The notes below the pieces were generated by a model, which was not told where the DNA came from, ran no database searches, and was given only the letters and a program-made list of their open reading frames with translations. From IMG/VR virus record IMGVR_UViG_3300025735_000005: DNA of 64,000 nucleotides; one strand, written 5' to 3'. The position numbers and the translations under genes were made by a program. This stretch comes from a virus. Lineage: Duplodnaviria > Heunggongvirae > Uroviricota > Caudoviricetes. Of the stretch, positions 54,227 through 63,906 are shown one piece after another (positions within the stretch are counted from its first letter, which is position 1; each line of letters begins with the position of its first letter).

Positions 54227-54571
54227 TTATCCTTGTTTCAAATATTTGGACATTCGCTCGTGAACGTCAACAGCGATCATATGCCAAGTCTGTGGGGATA
54301 CAAGCCCTTTGAACTCAGGATCGGCGGGTCCAGGGTTATTTTCTGAAGCTGTCTTTGCATAATGACGTATAGCTTCAATAATGAAAATCTGCCCCAATCC
54401 ACCGAATGGCGAACAGTTCATCAGATTTTCAATAAAGTTCATATTAGAATGAAACTGTGTTTGAGGTTCTTCTACCTTTGGTAACACCAAATTCTTTCCA
54501 CGCTCTTCCGGAGGTTTTTCCAGTTCCATGCGACGAACATCGCCTAGATTTGGTGTCTTATTAATTTTCAT
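54227..54571 (-). CDS. hypothetical protein
   Basis: 114-aa ORF. Confidence 0.3.
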   Translation of the reverse strand: MKINKTPNLGDVRRMELEKPPEERGKNLVLPKVEEPQTQFHSNMNFIENLMNCSPFGGLGQIFIIEAIRHYAKTASENNPGPADPEFKGLVSPQTWHMIAVDVHERMSKYLKQG

Positions 54572-54822
54572 TTAAACTCCTCAGGACGGATATAACCCAT
54601 TAGAATACCATCATACAGCCATAAGCCATAGCCTCTGGCAAAGATATCTTCACAACTAACCCCTGCACTATTTGGTTCGTCTGGATGCTTAAATCTCCAA
54701 CAATACCAAAAGTGAGCAGGTCTTGTACAGAATCTTTGTATCAAATGGTATACATCAGCTCTTTTCGGAAACGATATCAAGTGGGTGGCGGATTTGAGGT
54801 TTGATATATGTTCCATCGCCAT
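54568..54822 (-). CDS. hypothetical small protein
   Basis: 84-aa ORF. Confidence 0.3.
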   Translation of the reverse strand: MAMEHISNLKSATHLISFPKRADVYHLIQRFCTRPAHFWYCWRFKHPDEPNSAGVSCEDIFARGYGLWLYDGILMGYIRPEEFK

Positions 54823-55024
54823 TGTAGCGTTCTAGTTTACCTTCTACTGAAACAATGAAGTCACACATACGGGAAGCTTTTACGAAGTTGCCTCCATTAT
54901 CCTTAAGCAAAGGACGCAGTACTATAACTTTACGACCGTCACGTGTAAAGCCTTCAAAACCCAAATGTAGCTTCATATCAACCCTTCGTACTTTCACGAG
55001 CAGTTTTTGCAAGCTTAACAGCAC
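54755..55024 (-). CDS. hypothetical small protein
   Basis: 89-aa ORF. Confidence 0.25.
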   Translation of the reverse strand: MLLSLQKLLVKVRRVDMKLHLGFEGFTRDGRKVIVLRPLLKDNGGNFVKASRMCDFIVSVEGKLERYNGDGTYIKPQIRHPLDIVSEKS

Positions 55025-55292
55025 GCATAGAGCGATAAATATGGTTTCCCTTAAGATTTAGGATTTCATCAAGTGCATTACGATAGGTATCTCCCCTAAA
55101 GCGTAGCGTACTTACTACCTTCCTAAATGCTTCAATTTCTTGAGTCTTGTCGTCAATAGTTTGATTTTTGGTATTCAGCAACTCAGCGTAGTTTTCAATA
55201 GTACTCTTTTGATTTGTAATAGTTTCGCGATAATGACTCACCAGACAGCCGGTGATCAATCCAAGAAGACTAATAAGGATAATAGAGATCAT
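54978..55292 (-). CDS. small lipoprotein with coiled-coil domain
   Basis: MISIILISLLGLITGC lipoprotein signal/lipobox followed by heptad-like region. Confidence 0.4.
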   Translation of the reverse strand: MISIILISLLGLITGCLVSHYRETITNQKSTIENYAELLNTKNQTIDDKTQEIEAFRKVVSTLRFRGDTYRNALDEILNLKGNHIYRSMRAVKLAKTARESTKG

Positions 55293-55294
55293 AA

Positions 55295-55501
55295 TTATAG
55301 GTGTCCAGTCTGTTTGTTGTACTCTGCGATAAGCAGATTGCGTTTACGCGGGCACATTACCCGCTCTTTGATGACGTTAGTGAAGATATCACCATCTTCG
55401 TACGTCTTTCCGAAGATCATGACAGGAGAAAATATTCGGACCTTAATTTCACGTTCGACAGTCACATAGGCGTCGCTAACGAAAATTGATCTAATGGTCA
55501 T
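55295..55501 (-). CDS. hypothetical small protein
   Basis: 68-aa ORF. Confidence 0.25.
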   Translation of the reverse strand: MTIRSIFVSDAYVTVEREIKVRIFSPVMIFGKTYEDGDIFTNVIKERVMCPRKRNLLIAEYNKQTGHL

Positions 55502-55512
55502 CTGAAATTCTT

Positions 55513-55776
55513 TCAGAACCTACTGAAGAGTCTCTGCAGTAGGGTAGGTTTGTTGATGATAACTAAACGGCCTGAGTATTTACATTTGATATTACGGTTA
55601 CTATTTGGCGCTGTATGCCAAACATCATCACCGCTGATACCTGTAATAATTCTAACATCAATCAAAGGATTAATAGCCGAGCCTGCTGGCTTGATGACAG
55701 TCATACCTACGCTGAGTTTCTTACCAAAATAGTCACAGCCATCATTAATATAATTACGAGTGGTATTTTTCATCAC
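55513..55776 (-). CDS. hypothetical small protein
   Basis: 87-aa ORF. Confidence 0.3.
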   Translation of the reverse strand: MMKNTTRNYINDGCDYFGKKLSVGMTVIKPAGSAINPLIDVRIITGISGDDVWHTAPNSNRNIKCKYSGRLVIINKPTLLQRLFSRF

Positions 55777-56747
55777 AGATCCATCTTACTGCGGAAACCG
55801 AGAGCACGAGCTTGGCGATATTTATCTTTTGCACCATGTGGGAAGTGACGGTATTTAATCAATCGGCCTTTATCTCTTGGCCAATTGTCCCAAATATCCT
55901 GCAACTGTTCATGAGTGAACATGCCGGGGGCACAGCTGAATTCGTCTTCTGCGGAAGTGCCAAGCTTAAATTTACCTACTGTTCCTGCAGGCACGAGATT
56001 TTCGGAAGCCTTGCTGCGCTTCGCAGCGCCAAGGGCATCGCGCTCTTGCTCATTATTATTGATAACACGCTCAACAAGACGGTACAAAGGTGCTTCAGCG
56101 TCTTCCTCATTCTTCAACTTGTAGCTGATATTTTCCAACCACGTACTTCGGCCAGGCTTATAGCGTCCACTAGCAGACTTTGATATACTGCCTTCATAAC
56201 CATCTTCGATGAATTCGCTGTGAGCTTCCATCATTTCGGTAGCAGTAGTAACACGCTTTTGAGGAACCATGTAAATACCTGGCACACCTTCAGCCAGACG
56301 CGCTGCCTCTGCATAGCGTTCTTCAAATGGCCTATTCAACCATTCAGGATGACAGTAATCGAAGACATAAAAAGCCAGCAATGGTGATGGCTTATCAAAA
56401 GCCATGACATGTGATTGCGTCTTGTTGTATACAGCCGGATCTGTAGGCTCGCCTGCAATTGCCTCACCATCAAGAAATGGAATTGATGTGAAATACTGCT
56501 GCAATTGCCTTGAACGCAAAGGCTCAAGCTTTCGGCTGTAAGCCACCTGATCATACCCAATCAGACACCGAATACCGTCAATCTTGGGGCTTATCAGCTG
56601 CGGTCCACGAGATACAATAGTTTCGCAGTACAAAGGCGTCTTAGCCAGACTATGGCTATTACAGCAAAGGCTTGGTTTACTTAGAAAGCTGCTCATGCCA
56701 TTCCTTATGAAATTTGAACTTCTTCTGCCCACGTGCTGCAATATCAT
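55773..56747 (-). CDS. ATP-dependent DNA ligase
   Basis: Motif I KIDGIRC (KxDG), motif IV EGSISK, motif V KLK...; ~320 aa like T7 gp1.3; real start probably an internal ATG (MSSFLSK...). Confidence 0.75.
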   Translation of the reverse strand: MILQHVGRRSSNFIRNGMSSFLSKPSLCCNSHSLAKTPLYCETIVSRGPQLISPKIDGIRCLIGYDQVAYSRKLEPLRSRQLQQYFTSIPFLDGEAIAGEPTDPAVYNKTQSHVMAFDKPSPLLAFYVFDYCHPEWLNRPFEERYAEAARLAEGVPGIYMVPQKRVTTATEMMEAHSEFIEDGYEGSISKSASGRYKPGRSTWLENISYKLKNEEDAEAPLYRLVERVINNNEQERDALGAAKRSKASENLVPAGTVGKFKLGTSAEDEFSCAPGMFTHEQLQDIWDNWPRDKGRLIKYRHFPHGAKDKYRQARALGFRSKMDL

Positions 56748-56991
56748 TTATCGACAAATCATAACGATTTATCAAATGCTGCAATGTGCTGAAAACATCG
56801 GCGACTTCGTCTTGAAGCCATTTACGATTGGTGATGTCCTCGCCAGGTACCTGAGCATCAATTCCTTGAATAAGGATTCGGCTAATTACTGTAGCGCACT
56901 CATTCAGCTCTTCAGCAGCCTTGCCGAGGATGGCAATATCGACTTTATCAGTCATAGGCTGCCAGATATCGTTTGTAAGCCGATCAGTCAT
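56677..56991 (-). CDS. MazG-like nucleoside triphosphate pyrophosphohydrolase
   Basis: 104 aa; AAEELNECATVISR resembles MazG EExGE motif region. Confidence 0.45.
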   Translation of the reverse strand: MTDRLTNDIWQPMTDKVDIAILGKAAEELNECATVISRILIQGIDAQVPGEDITNRKWLQDEVADVFSTLQHLINRYDLSINDIAARGQKKFKFHKEWHEQLSK

Positions 56992-57295
56992 TAATAATAC
57001 GTCCCATATTCACATTGATATCGCCGTATTCATGTTTATACTTATACAACTTTCTTTTAAAGTTGTAATAAGATTGAATAGGTGCTCTGAAGACCTGCTG
57101 CGGGTTGCTTTGAATTGTAATCAGCAGATCGCCGCCATTTGATGGGTTCAGCTGGAAGTTACGGGTGGCAATGGTTATATCTATTGCACCTTTAATCTCC
57201 TCTAAAATAGCCTCCATAGGCTTTCTTGCGGTGGCGTACTGAAACTGTACAGCCCTGGTGTTTACATCACGATATACTACAAACTTTCGGCTCAT
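56984..57295 (-). CDS. hypothetical protein
   Basis: 103-aa ORF. Confidence 0.3.
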   Translation of the reverse strand: MSRKFVVYRDVNTRAVQFQYATARKPMEAILEEIKGAIDITIATRNFQLNPSNGGDLLITIQSNPQQVFRAPIQSYYNFKRKLYKYKHEYGDINVNMGRIIND

Positions 57296-57333
57296 ATGCT
57301 GTCCGTTAAAGGGCGGCTCATCGGCCGCCCATA

Positions 57334-57696
57334 TTACCCACGCATAGCTACGTATATCTGTTTAAGGATTTGCTCAACATCGTAATTGTCTAGCGCTAGG
57401 ATTCCAGCCATATCTAGACGGTACCCGTCAACGAGCAGTACACGCGTCAGCAAATACGCCTTCTGATGAGCAGGCGCTTTTTGATTTGCTGCAATAACAT
57501 CCTCATAAGTAGCCCTATAAAATTCGGCTAATTGCCCTGAGTGCAGCACCCGACTCCCAATAAGCTTAGAGCCAGGAACTCGATCCGGGCGAAGTCCTTC
57601 AGCTTCCTGCCTTATAAAGAACTTAGGAGGCTTTATATACTCATCAACAGGAATTGTTAGGACTAAGCGCAAACCAAGCGCTTTATAAATATCCAT
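57334..57696 (-). CDS. hypothetical protein
   Basis: Track 57334..57726; start trimmed to internal ATG (MDIYKALG) to avoid overlap with nrdB. Confidence 0.3.
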   Translation of the reverse strand: MDIYKALGLRLVLTIPVDEYIKPPKFFIRQEAEGLRPDRVPGSKLIGSRVLHSGQLAEFYRATYEDVIAANQKAPAHQKAYLLTRVLLVDGYRLDMAGILALDNYDVEQILKQIYVAMRG

Positions 57697-57697
57697 T

Positions 57698-58675
57698 TCA
57701 TTCCTTCTTGTAAGCACCCCACACATTTCCCCAGCTGCCTGTCAAGGCTGCCTTTGCGTACGAGGTTGCTCGTGTTTCAAAGAAATTCTCATGATTTTGC
57801 GAAGAAATCATGTCATCAAACCAACCCAGAGGATCAGTCAATTCCTTGTACACTGGCGGTATACCCATGCGGATAAGTCGCTTATTGACCGTATACCTGA
57901 TAAATCGCTTCAGGTCTTTCTTATGCAAACCTCGGATTTCATCGCGGCCAGCATAACTGTATTCAATAAAATCCATTTCCATTTCAGCCATAAGCTGACC
58001 AATTGCGGAAATCTCTTCTTCTACCTCTGGCGTCCAAGAGTCAGGATCTTCTTCCTTCATCTTATCCAGCAGATACATTAGACCTTCTACGTGTTTCTGC
58101 TCATCTAGAACAGACCATGATACGATCTGACCCATACCCTTCATCAGCCCGTTACGGGGATAATTCATAAGCATCGCAAATGAAGAGAATAGGAACATAC
58201 CCTCTGTAAAAGCGCTGATACCAGCAATCTTGATAGGCAGTGCACCATCAGTGCCAGAGATCACCTTTTCAAAGAACTCATGCTTAGCCGCCATAACAGG
58301 CACTTTGAGGAATTCTTCGTAAAAGCTATCAGTCTTGCCCAGCGATTCATTCAAATAGCTGTAAGCATCGATATGAACAGCTTCTCTGGCAGCAAAACTC
58401 AAGAGCATCATACGGATTTCAGGATGCTCAAAGTGGGGTAGGTAGTCATGAATATATCCGCCGGACACATCGACATCGCCCTGCGTAAATAGCCTTAAGA
58501 TATCGTCTAGGTAATTACGATCATAGTCGTCGAGCTTATTACGCCAGTCACGTGTGTCTTCATGCAAGTTTACCTCGCGTGGAAGCCAATGCATCTGCTC
58601 GTGTTCAAGCCAAATATTATAAGCCTCCGGATACAAGAATGGCTTATAAGTCTTGCGCTTATCAAAAATTTTCAA
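57698..58675 (-). CDS. nrdB: ribonucleotide reductase small subunit (class I, NrdB/R2)
   Basis: 325 aa with di-iron ligand pattern (EAVHIDAYS ... E..H) and R2-like spacing. Confidence 0.8.
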   Translation of the reverse strand: MKIFDKRKTYKPFLYPEAYNIWLEHEQMHWLPREVNLHEDTRDWRNKLDDYDRNYLDDILRLFTQGDVDVSGGYIHDYLPHFEHPEIRMMLLSFAAREAVHIDAYSYLNESLGKTDSFYEEFLKVPVMAAKHEFFEKVISGTDGALPIKIAGISAFTEGMFLFSSFAMLMNYPRNGLMKGMGQIVSWSVLDEQKHVEGLMYLLDKMKEEDPDSWTPEVEEEISAIGQLMAEMEMDFIEYSYAGRDEIRGLHKKDLKRFIRYTVNKRLIRMGIPPVYKELTDPLGWFDDMISSQNHENFFETRATSYAKAALTGSWGNVWGAYKKE

Positions 58676-58814
58676 AGCTTATTTCTCCACTTGCGAATTT
58701 GATAATCAGCACTTGCATACAAACAAATCAAAAGAATCGCAAGAATCCCAGCCATTGTGACTAAGATTGGAAAAATCTGAACAAAGCAGTAAACAGCCAA
58801 TATAAAAGCAGGCA

Positions 58815-60593
58815 TTATCCCTCACACGCAATACAGCCCTCATCGAGGGTCTGCTGGAAATTGTGAACAACCTTGCGACGCTGATTTCCCTCACCACTGT
58901 ACAGCTTATCCGAGCGACAATAGTAAAGAGTCTTCAATCCCTTCTTCCATGCCATAAAATGCACATGGTGGAGGTACTCTACCGAAACGTCTGCCTTAAA
59001 GAAGATATTAATTGACTGAGCTTGGTCAATAAACTTCTGCCGATCAGCTGCAAATTCAATAATCCACATCTGGTCAAGTTCGGAGGCTGTCTTGAAGATA
59101 TTACGCTCACGCTCAGTTAGCTCTTCGTCAAGATGCTGCACGGAGCCCGCATTCTTAACAATGCTACGCCAGATTTCGTCGTAGTAGTCGCCTGTGCCGA
59201 AACGGTTCTTAAGAATTTCGTCTAGACGGCGATTCTTAAGGATAAAAGAACCAGACAAGGTGTCTTGCCTGACTGCATTTGCTCGAATGGGTTCTACAGA
59301 TGCAGACGTATTATTCATTACAATCGAAGTAGACGCATTTGGTGCTACTGCCATCTTGCAACTAAATCGTTCCATCACACCGTAATCAGCAGCATCTGGA
59401 CATGGGCCACGCGCATGAGCCAGTCGAACGCTGCACGCATCAAGAGACTTACGGATATGCTGAAAGATCGTAATGTTCAAACCCTTTGCCATCGGGCTTT
59501 CAAATGCAATCATCTTCTTCTGGAGCAGCGCATGAAATCCGATCGCGCCAACTCCAATAGCACGTTCACGCATTGCCGAGTAGGCAGCTCTCTTAGCACG
59601 TTCACTTGCGTTATCAATATAGTATTGCAGGCAGTTATCTAGGAATTCTCCAAGATCATCAAGGAATAATGGATCATTCTTCCAATCATCCCAATACTCT
59701 AGATTTGGCGAACTCAAACAGCAAACAGCAGTCCGGTCTTTATCGGTTGGAAGAGTGATCTCGGTACAGATATTTGACTGTACAATTTTGAGACCCTTTG
59801 CCTGTTGATACCAAGGCATCGCACGATTACTGGCGTCGATGAAATGCATAAAGGGTTCACCAGTACGCATCCTAGTTTCCAGCATCTGTTCCCAAGTGTT
59901 TCTAACAGACACTACTTCCTTAACAGCGCCTGTATGCGGATCTCGCAGTTCCCATCGATCGTCAGCGTCTGGATCCATCATGCAGGCTTCTACACGCTGC
60001 ATAAAGTCATCGCTGATGTTGAACGCATGGTGCAATTCCATACAACGCTTGGACTGATCCCCTGTAGGCTTTCGCAGATCAAGGTGGTCTTGCATATTCG
60101 GATGATCAATATCAAGGTAGCCCGCAAAAGAACCTCGCCGCGTTTTACCTTGGCGATACGCCAGGCTTACAGCTTCAAATACTTTTTGGTGAGGACCGAT
60201 ACCTACAGACTTGCTGTCTTCAGAACGAATACCAAGCCCGATACCTACGCCGCCGCCGCCCATAGACAGCACGGCGATTTCAGCAAGGGCGTCTACCAAG
60301 CCTTCCTTACTATCGTGCACATAGGAAAGGAAACAGCTGATAGGCATTCCTTCCTTACTACCCTTGAAAGCTAGAATAGGAGTTGCAAAGGAAACCCAAT
60401 GCCGACTTGCGTAATTGTACATGCGCTTTGCATGAGCCTCGTTACTGGCAAACGCGGCTGATACATACGCAAATCGTTCTTGTGGGCTGGTCTCATCATC
60501 TGCGAGATAGGAGTCTCGCAGACGACGCATACCCATTTCTTCAAAAAGGTCATCGCGGGAATAGTCAATTTCAATTGGATATTGTGGCTTCAT
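58815..60593 (-). CDS. nrdA: ribonucleotide reductase large subunit (class I, NrdA/R1), short form without ATP cone
   Basis: 592 aa; active-site NxCxE motif VQSNICTEITLP; C-terminal Cys pair CIACEG; adjacent to nrdB. Confidence 0.75.
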   Translation of the reverse strand: MKPQYPIEIDYSRDDLFEEMGMRRLRDSYLADDETSPQERFAYVSAAFASNEAHAKRMYNYASRHWVSFATPILAFKGSKEGMPISCFLSYVHDSKEGLVDALAEIAVLSMGGGGVGIGLGIRSEDSKSVGIGPHQKVFEAVSLAYRQGKTRRGSFAGYLDIDHPNMQDHLDLRKPTGDQSKRCMELHHAFNISDDFMQRVEACMMDPDADDRWELRDPHTGAVKEVVSVRNTWEQMLETRMRTGEPFMHFIDASNRAMPWYQQAKGLKIVQSNICTEITLPTDKDRTAVCCLSSPNLEYWDDWKNDPLFLDDLGEFLDNCLQYYIDNASERAKRAAYSAMRERAIGVGAIGFHALLQKKMIAFESPMAKGLNITIFQHIRKSLDACSVRLAHARGPCPDAADYGVMERFSCKMAVAPNASTSIVMNNTSASVEPIRANAVRQDTLSGSFILKNRRLDEILKNRFGTGDYYDEIWRSIVKNAGSVQHLDEELTERERNIFKTASELDQMWIIEFAADRQKFIDQAQSINIFFKADVSVEYLHHVHFMAWKKGLKTLYYCRSDKLYSGEGNQRRKVVHNFQQTLDEGCIACEG

Positions 60594-60594
60594 A

Positions 60595-62319
60595 TTATTT
60601 CTTCACCCAGGTCGTCTCGAGTTTTTCGGTGCTCCCGCCTTTGCTAAAACCTTCATCGCTGTCAGACAAGGAGTCATCGTCTGCAGCAGTAAGCCGTCCT
60701 GTTTCGTAATCGTAGATGGCTCCGATACACCTCCCTGTCAATCCGACAGTTCGGCATTTCAGCACAGCCATCTTGATTGTATTTCGTGTTTTTTCTTCCG
60801 CAGCATTCATATTACGGGCGAATGCAATAATATCAAACGAGATCTGCTTAATTGAACCGGAACCTTTAATATCATCCATAGAAGGCAGCTTTCCTTCTTC
60901 AAAGCTAGTCTGCCCCTGACCCACCTTACGCAAGTGTGAAACCAGACCGATCCAAACAGGGTAACGCTTAACGATAGACAGCAGCGCATTCATAATCTTA
61001 TCTTGGGCTTCGTTGCCTTGCAGATTATCAATACCCTCTGACACTAGAATGGTGATGTGGTCAATCAAAATATATCGGCAGCCCATCAAGCACATATACT
61101 CGATCTTGTCAATGATCGATGTGTCATTCATAGAGCCTTCGTGATCGAGCATGAGGATGCGCTCTTCTTCGTCCTCAGTGCCAAATAGTTCATCAAATCC
61201 TTGCTCAAGGGTTTCGAAGTCTAGTTCTTCACGAGCTGTGTTGCGGTTTAGCTGCATACCAGACATTCGACGAGCTTCGGCTTCTGGGCTTTCTTCCAGA
61301 GCGCAGATACCAATCTTATGCTCAAGCGGTGCGGTTCGCTTGATCTCTAGGATAATCTCGCGGAGAAGCGTTGACTTGCCAGAGCCGGTGCCAGATGTGA
61401 ATAGAGTAATTTCGCCAAAGCGCATACCCTTTGCTTTGCTATTTACGCCAGCCATACAATCAGGGTAAGGCAGCGCAACTACGCTATTGAGCAGCCGCAT
61501 CCGCTCTTTGAGATCTTTGCGAGATATGATGCCACCAGGTTTGACGCGTTCAGCATCAAAGACTGGTTTAAGAATATTTTCCCAACCAGCCTTTAGGTGT
61601 ACTTCATTTGCATCTTTGAATTCAGAGTGTTTGGCAACTTTTACCTTGTCGAAGCCAATGATTCTTACAGCTTTTTCTAAAGCAGCTTTACCAGCTTTAT
61701 CGCTGTCCATCCACAAGACGACTTCGTCATAGGAGCGAATCCACTCGCGATTCTGCGCCAGCAGCTCAATATTGCTAGCAGACCCCATAGTAACAACAGG
61801 GTAAATCCTATCCCACTTCCGCTTTGAAGCATAGGCAATCGACAACATGTCGATCTCACCCTCAGTGATGATAAGACGCTTACCACCTGCTGAGAACTTC
61901 TCTTGACCGCACAGTTCGGATTTGCGTCCTACTGTGTAAAACTTTTTATCAGCTACAACACGAACATTATAGCCTTCACCATAAGGGTAAAAGTGTTGGT
62001 CAATTTCGCCCTTACCATCAAAGGAGACTCTGATACCGAAGAATTCACAGATATCACGAGGGATACCGCGTTTTTGAAACCCCTTCACAGGCAGCTCATG
62101 GATCTCTGCCAAAGAGATTTGTTTCTTTACGCGTTTAAAACCTTCAACCTCGTCCACTGAATTCCCTTTAGTAGGCGCCCCGTCTACTTCTTCTTTTTTC
62201 CAAAAGTTTTGGCATACGAAGCAGAAGCCATCTCCTCCCTCGTATACCTGCATACCATCACTTGATCGGCATTTCACTTGATCTGGGCAAGGTTGATTCT
62301 TAATTGCGATTGCACCCAA
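60595..62319 (-). CDS. DNA primase-helicase (T7 gp4-like)
   Basis: N-terminal Cys4 zinc ribbon (CPDQVKC...CFVC), TOPRIM primase (ITEGEIDMLS, DSDKAG), DnaB-like helicase with Walker A GTGSGKST. Confidence 0.85.
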   Translation of the reverse strand: MGAIAIKNQPCPDQVKCRSSDGMQVYEGGDGFCFVCQNFWKKEEVDGAPTKGNSVDEVEGFKRVKKQISLAEIHELPVKGFQKRGIPRDICEFFGIRVSFDGKGEIDQHFYPYGEGYNVRVVADKKFYTVGRKSELCGQEKFSAGGKRLIITEGEIDMLSIAYASKRKWDRIYPVVTMGSASNIELLAQNREWIRSYDEVVLWMDSDKAGKAALEKAVRIIGFDKVKVAKHSEFKDANEVHLKAGWENILKPVFDAERVKPGGIISRKDLKERMRLLNSVVALPYPDCMAGVNSKAKGMRFGEITLFTSGTGSGKSTLLREIILEIKRTAPLEHKIGICALEESPEAEARRMSGMQLNRNTAREELDFETLEQGFDELFGTEDEEERILMLDHEGSMNDTSIIDKIEYMCLMGCRYILIDHITILVSEGIDNLQGNEAQDKIMNALLSIVKRYPVWIGLVSHLRKVGQGQTSFEEGKLPSMDDIKGSGSIKQISFDIIAFARNMNAAEEKTRNTIKMAVLKCRTVGLTGRCIGAIYDYETGRLTAADDDSLSDSDEGFSKGGSTEKLETTWVKK

Positions 62320-62322
62320 ACC

Positions 62323-62847
62323 TTACTCTCCAATAAAATCGTGCATTGTCACTACTTTGTTAAGACGTTCTATATGTCGCGGAGTTACATCGTTCTTCAC
62401 TGACCATGTAATCTCTTCTACGCGCTTATTGTACCACTTAGGGTCTAGTGGCGCTTTTACAGAAACCAGACCCCAAGTTTCAGCCCAACCTACATCACCT
62501 CTGGATGTATATTCTTCCAAGACAATGCATTCAAATTCGTGCCAAGGTCTCTCTTTTAACATCGTTGCTAACGTGCCTGAAGAGGACTTATAGGTTCGCC
62601 AGTCAGATTCTACCCATTTTCTAGTAGTTTTATCTCGTTTCTGATAAAACTTCTTACCCATGTAAAAGCGGCTTAGGTAAGGATCTCGTATAATATACAC
62701 GAATCCTACGACACCTTTGCGCTTCCCCATAGGCTCTGGGAAAGACCAGTGGCCATTTACACGATGATCTGTTCTAGCCTCAACGGCTGCCAGAGCGGCG
62801 GTGACCTTGACCAGGGGTATATTTGGGATCTCCCCTTCGAATTTCAT
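62323..62847 (-). CDS. GIY-YIG family endonuclease (free-standing homing endonuclease candidate)
   Basis: 174 aa; GVVGFVYIIRD...RFYMGKK matches GIY-(10-11 aa)-YIG spacing. Confidence 0.45.
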   Translation of the reverse strand: MKFEGEIPNIPLVKVTAALAAVEARTDHRVNGHWSFPEPMGKRKGVVGFVYIIRDPYLSRFYMGKKFYQKRDKTTRKWVESDWRTYKSSSGTLATMLKERPWHEFECIVLEEYTSRGDVGWAETWGLVSVKAPLDPKWYNKRVEEITWSVKNDVTPRHIERLNKVVTMHDFIGE

Positions 62848-63025
62848 TAAGTGTATTCCATCTATCAGTCAACTCCTGCTCAACACCTCCGGGATCATAG
62901 CCCAATTCTGGATGCTCTTCGCCTATTACGACAACTTTGCAGTTGTCACATAAAATCGATGGTGTTCGATTTTTGCTGTACACCATTGTTGGCTTTTGCC
63001 GGCACAGTCTGCACACGAAGATCAT
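62780..63025 (-). CDS. small zinc-ribbon protein
   Basis: 81 aa with CRLCRQ ... CDNC. Confidence 0.3.
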   Translation of the reverse strand: MIFVCRLCRQKPTMVYSKNRTPSILCDNCKVVVIGEEHPELGYDPGGVEQELTDRWNTLNEIRRGDPKYTPGQGHRRSGSR

Positions 63026-63860
63026 GGTCTAGCTCCTGAGCTACTGGCCAATCGTGAAGATCGAACCAGTCGTTTTCATAACGCTGGATATGAATCATTT
63101 TACCATTAGACAGCAGCCAATTTCGCCAGTCATCACCGTAGGTACTAATATACATACCTACCACAGTTTCTTGGTACTCTTTTACAGTTTTACAATTTGC
63201 CAGAGCCTTGGTGGCTTTTACAGGGCCTACACCAGGAAGACCTGGAATATTGTCAACTGGATCCCCTTTAATCAACTGCTCAAAATAAAGGCGATCTGCG
63301 TCTTCTTGCGTAACAGTGATGTATTCATCTTTTCGGATGTTATAATGCTTTCCTGGAATACATAGTAGATCTTTGTCATTAGACGCGATGATGACTTCTT
63401 GGCCTACAGCAGCTGCTTCCAAAGCCCACCAACGAAGCAGATCGTCTGCTTCACAACCTGTTGAAGGCACAGCCAGGCCACTCTGAACGGCAAGCTTTCT
63501 AAGAATAGGAAGAAACTTAGTGTATTCATTTGGTTTATTCGTCCGTCCACTAGACATCTTATACTCTGGGTACATCTTGGCGCGGTAATTATTAGGCCCC
63601 TGCACAGCAACCATTGCTTCATCACAAAACAATTTTTCCTGGATGTCTAAGACTTTATCTTGAAATCTCTGCCAGGTTTCTTTCAAATATGCTGCGTCTT
63701 CTTCTTTCGTATACGTCTTTTCAATCCGCATTGGACGACCGGAAAGCGGATCAAGCTGCGTAACAGCAACACCCTGAGGCGTTACATTGTTTAGCCATCT
63801 TGGCTCAAAGGAGAGGTAACACAAAACGTCACCATCAATTAGAGCAATCTTTTTAGCCAA
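62946..63860 (-). CDS. 5'-3' exonuclease / flap endonuclease (FEN, T5 D15 / T4 RNase H family)
   Basis: 304 aa; PIN-like N-terminus (ALIDGDVLCY), EADDLL, and H3TH motif DNIPGLPGVGPVKA. Confidence 0.8.
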   Translation of the reverse strand: MAKKIALIDGDVLCYLSFEPRWLNNVTPQGVAVTQLDPLSGRPMRIEKTYTKEEDAAYLKETWQRFQDKVLDIQEKLFCDEAMVAVQGPNNYRAKMYPEYKMSSGRTNKPNEYTKFLPILRKLAVQSGLAVPSTGCEADDLLRWWALEAAAVGQEVIIASNDKDLLCIPGKHYNIRKDEYITVTQEDADRLYFEQLIKGDPVDNIPGLPGVGPVKATKALANCKTVKEYQETVVGMYISTYGDDWRNWLLSNGKMIHIQRYENDWFDLHDWPVAQELDHDLRVQTVPAKANNGVQQKSNTIDFM

Positions 63861-63873
63861 GCTTATCCTTTAG

Positions 63874-63906
63874 AAAAAAAAGAGGGTTGCACACTCGCAC
63901 AACCCT
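63874..63906 (-). terminator. rho-independent terminator (leftward) upstream of exonuclease gene
   Basis: Plus strand A8 then agggttgcacactcgcacaaccct; on minus strand hairpin is followed by TTTTTTTTCTAAAGG. Confidence 0.6.
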
